The translations under genes and the position numbers were made by a program. Shown piece by piece: positions 60,291-60,327 of a DNA stretch of 60,327 nt. The stretch comes from Gemmatimonadota bacterium. Lineage in GTDB: Bacteria; Gemmatimonadota; Gemmatimonadetes; Gemmatimonadales; GWC2-71-9. The notes under the pieces were generated by a model that was not told the origin of the DNA, made no database searches, and saw only the letters and a program-made list of their open reading frames with translations. The DNA is taken from positions 1 through 60,327 of the forward strand of contig JANXXJ010000044.1 in assembly GCA_025350665.1 (NCBI GenBank), read 5' to 3'. Numbering within the stretch: the stretch's first letter is position 1; each line of letters starts with the position of its first letter.

Positions 60291-60327
60291 GTGACACGGG
60301 CATAGTGGGCCTAAACACCAATCATTG

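Overview
High-GC (roughly two-thirds G+C by eye), gene-dense bacterial chromosomal segment. Gene content (PadR plus orphan duplicated permeases, carboxypeptidase-regulatory/plug protein, futalosine-type menaquinone genes) suggests Gemmatimonadota, which is inference. No rRNA, tRNA, CRISPR, transposase or phage genes were seen. Main blocks: a selenocysteine-encoding formate dehydrogenase (in-frame UGA plus SECIS hairpin) with a NuoE/F-like partner; secreted hydrolases; menG-ubiD-ubiA type menaquinone genes; glyoxylate shunt aceB-aceA with a divergent RamB/ScfR-type regulator; beta-propeller and Ig/LVIVD secreted proteins; a CNT transporter, Tat-exported SDR and two cupredoxin-like lipoproteins; an ECF sigma/anti-sigma, LemA and DUF2207 block; Mrp/NifU; and an HpaR-regulated homoprotocatechuate meta-cleavage operon that lacks hpaBC and hpaI but starts with an aminotransferase, a ThDP enzyme, an HD protein and a P-loop protein (candidate L-DOPA/aromatic amino acid catabolic route). 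The right end holds a degraded amtB-glnK pair, two PadR-permease modules, a PrsW-metallopeptidase fusion and a tannase-family esterase. Two window-wide patterns stand out: at least six disrupted genes, and 13 copies of the heptamer GTTAGGC/GCCTAAC, which often forces rare TTA codons. All calls come from reading the sequence; no database searches were run.
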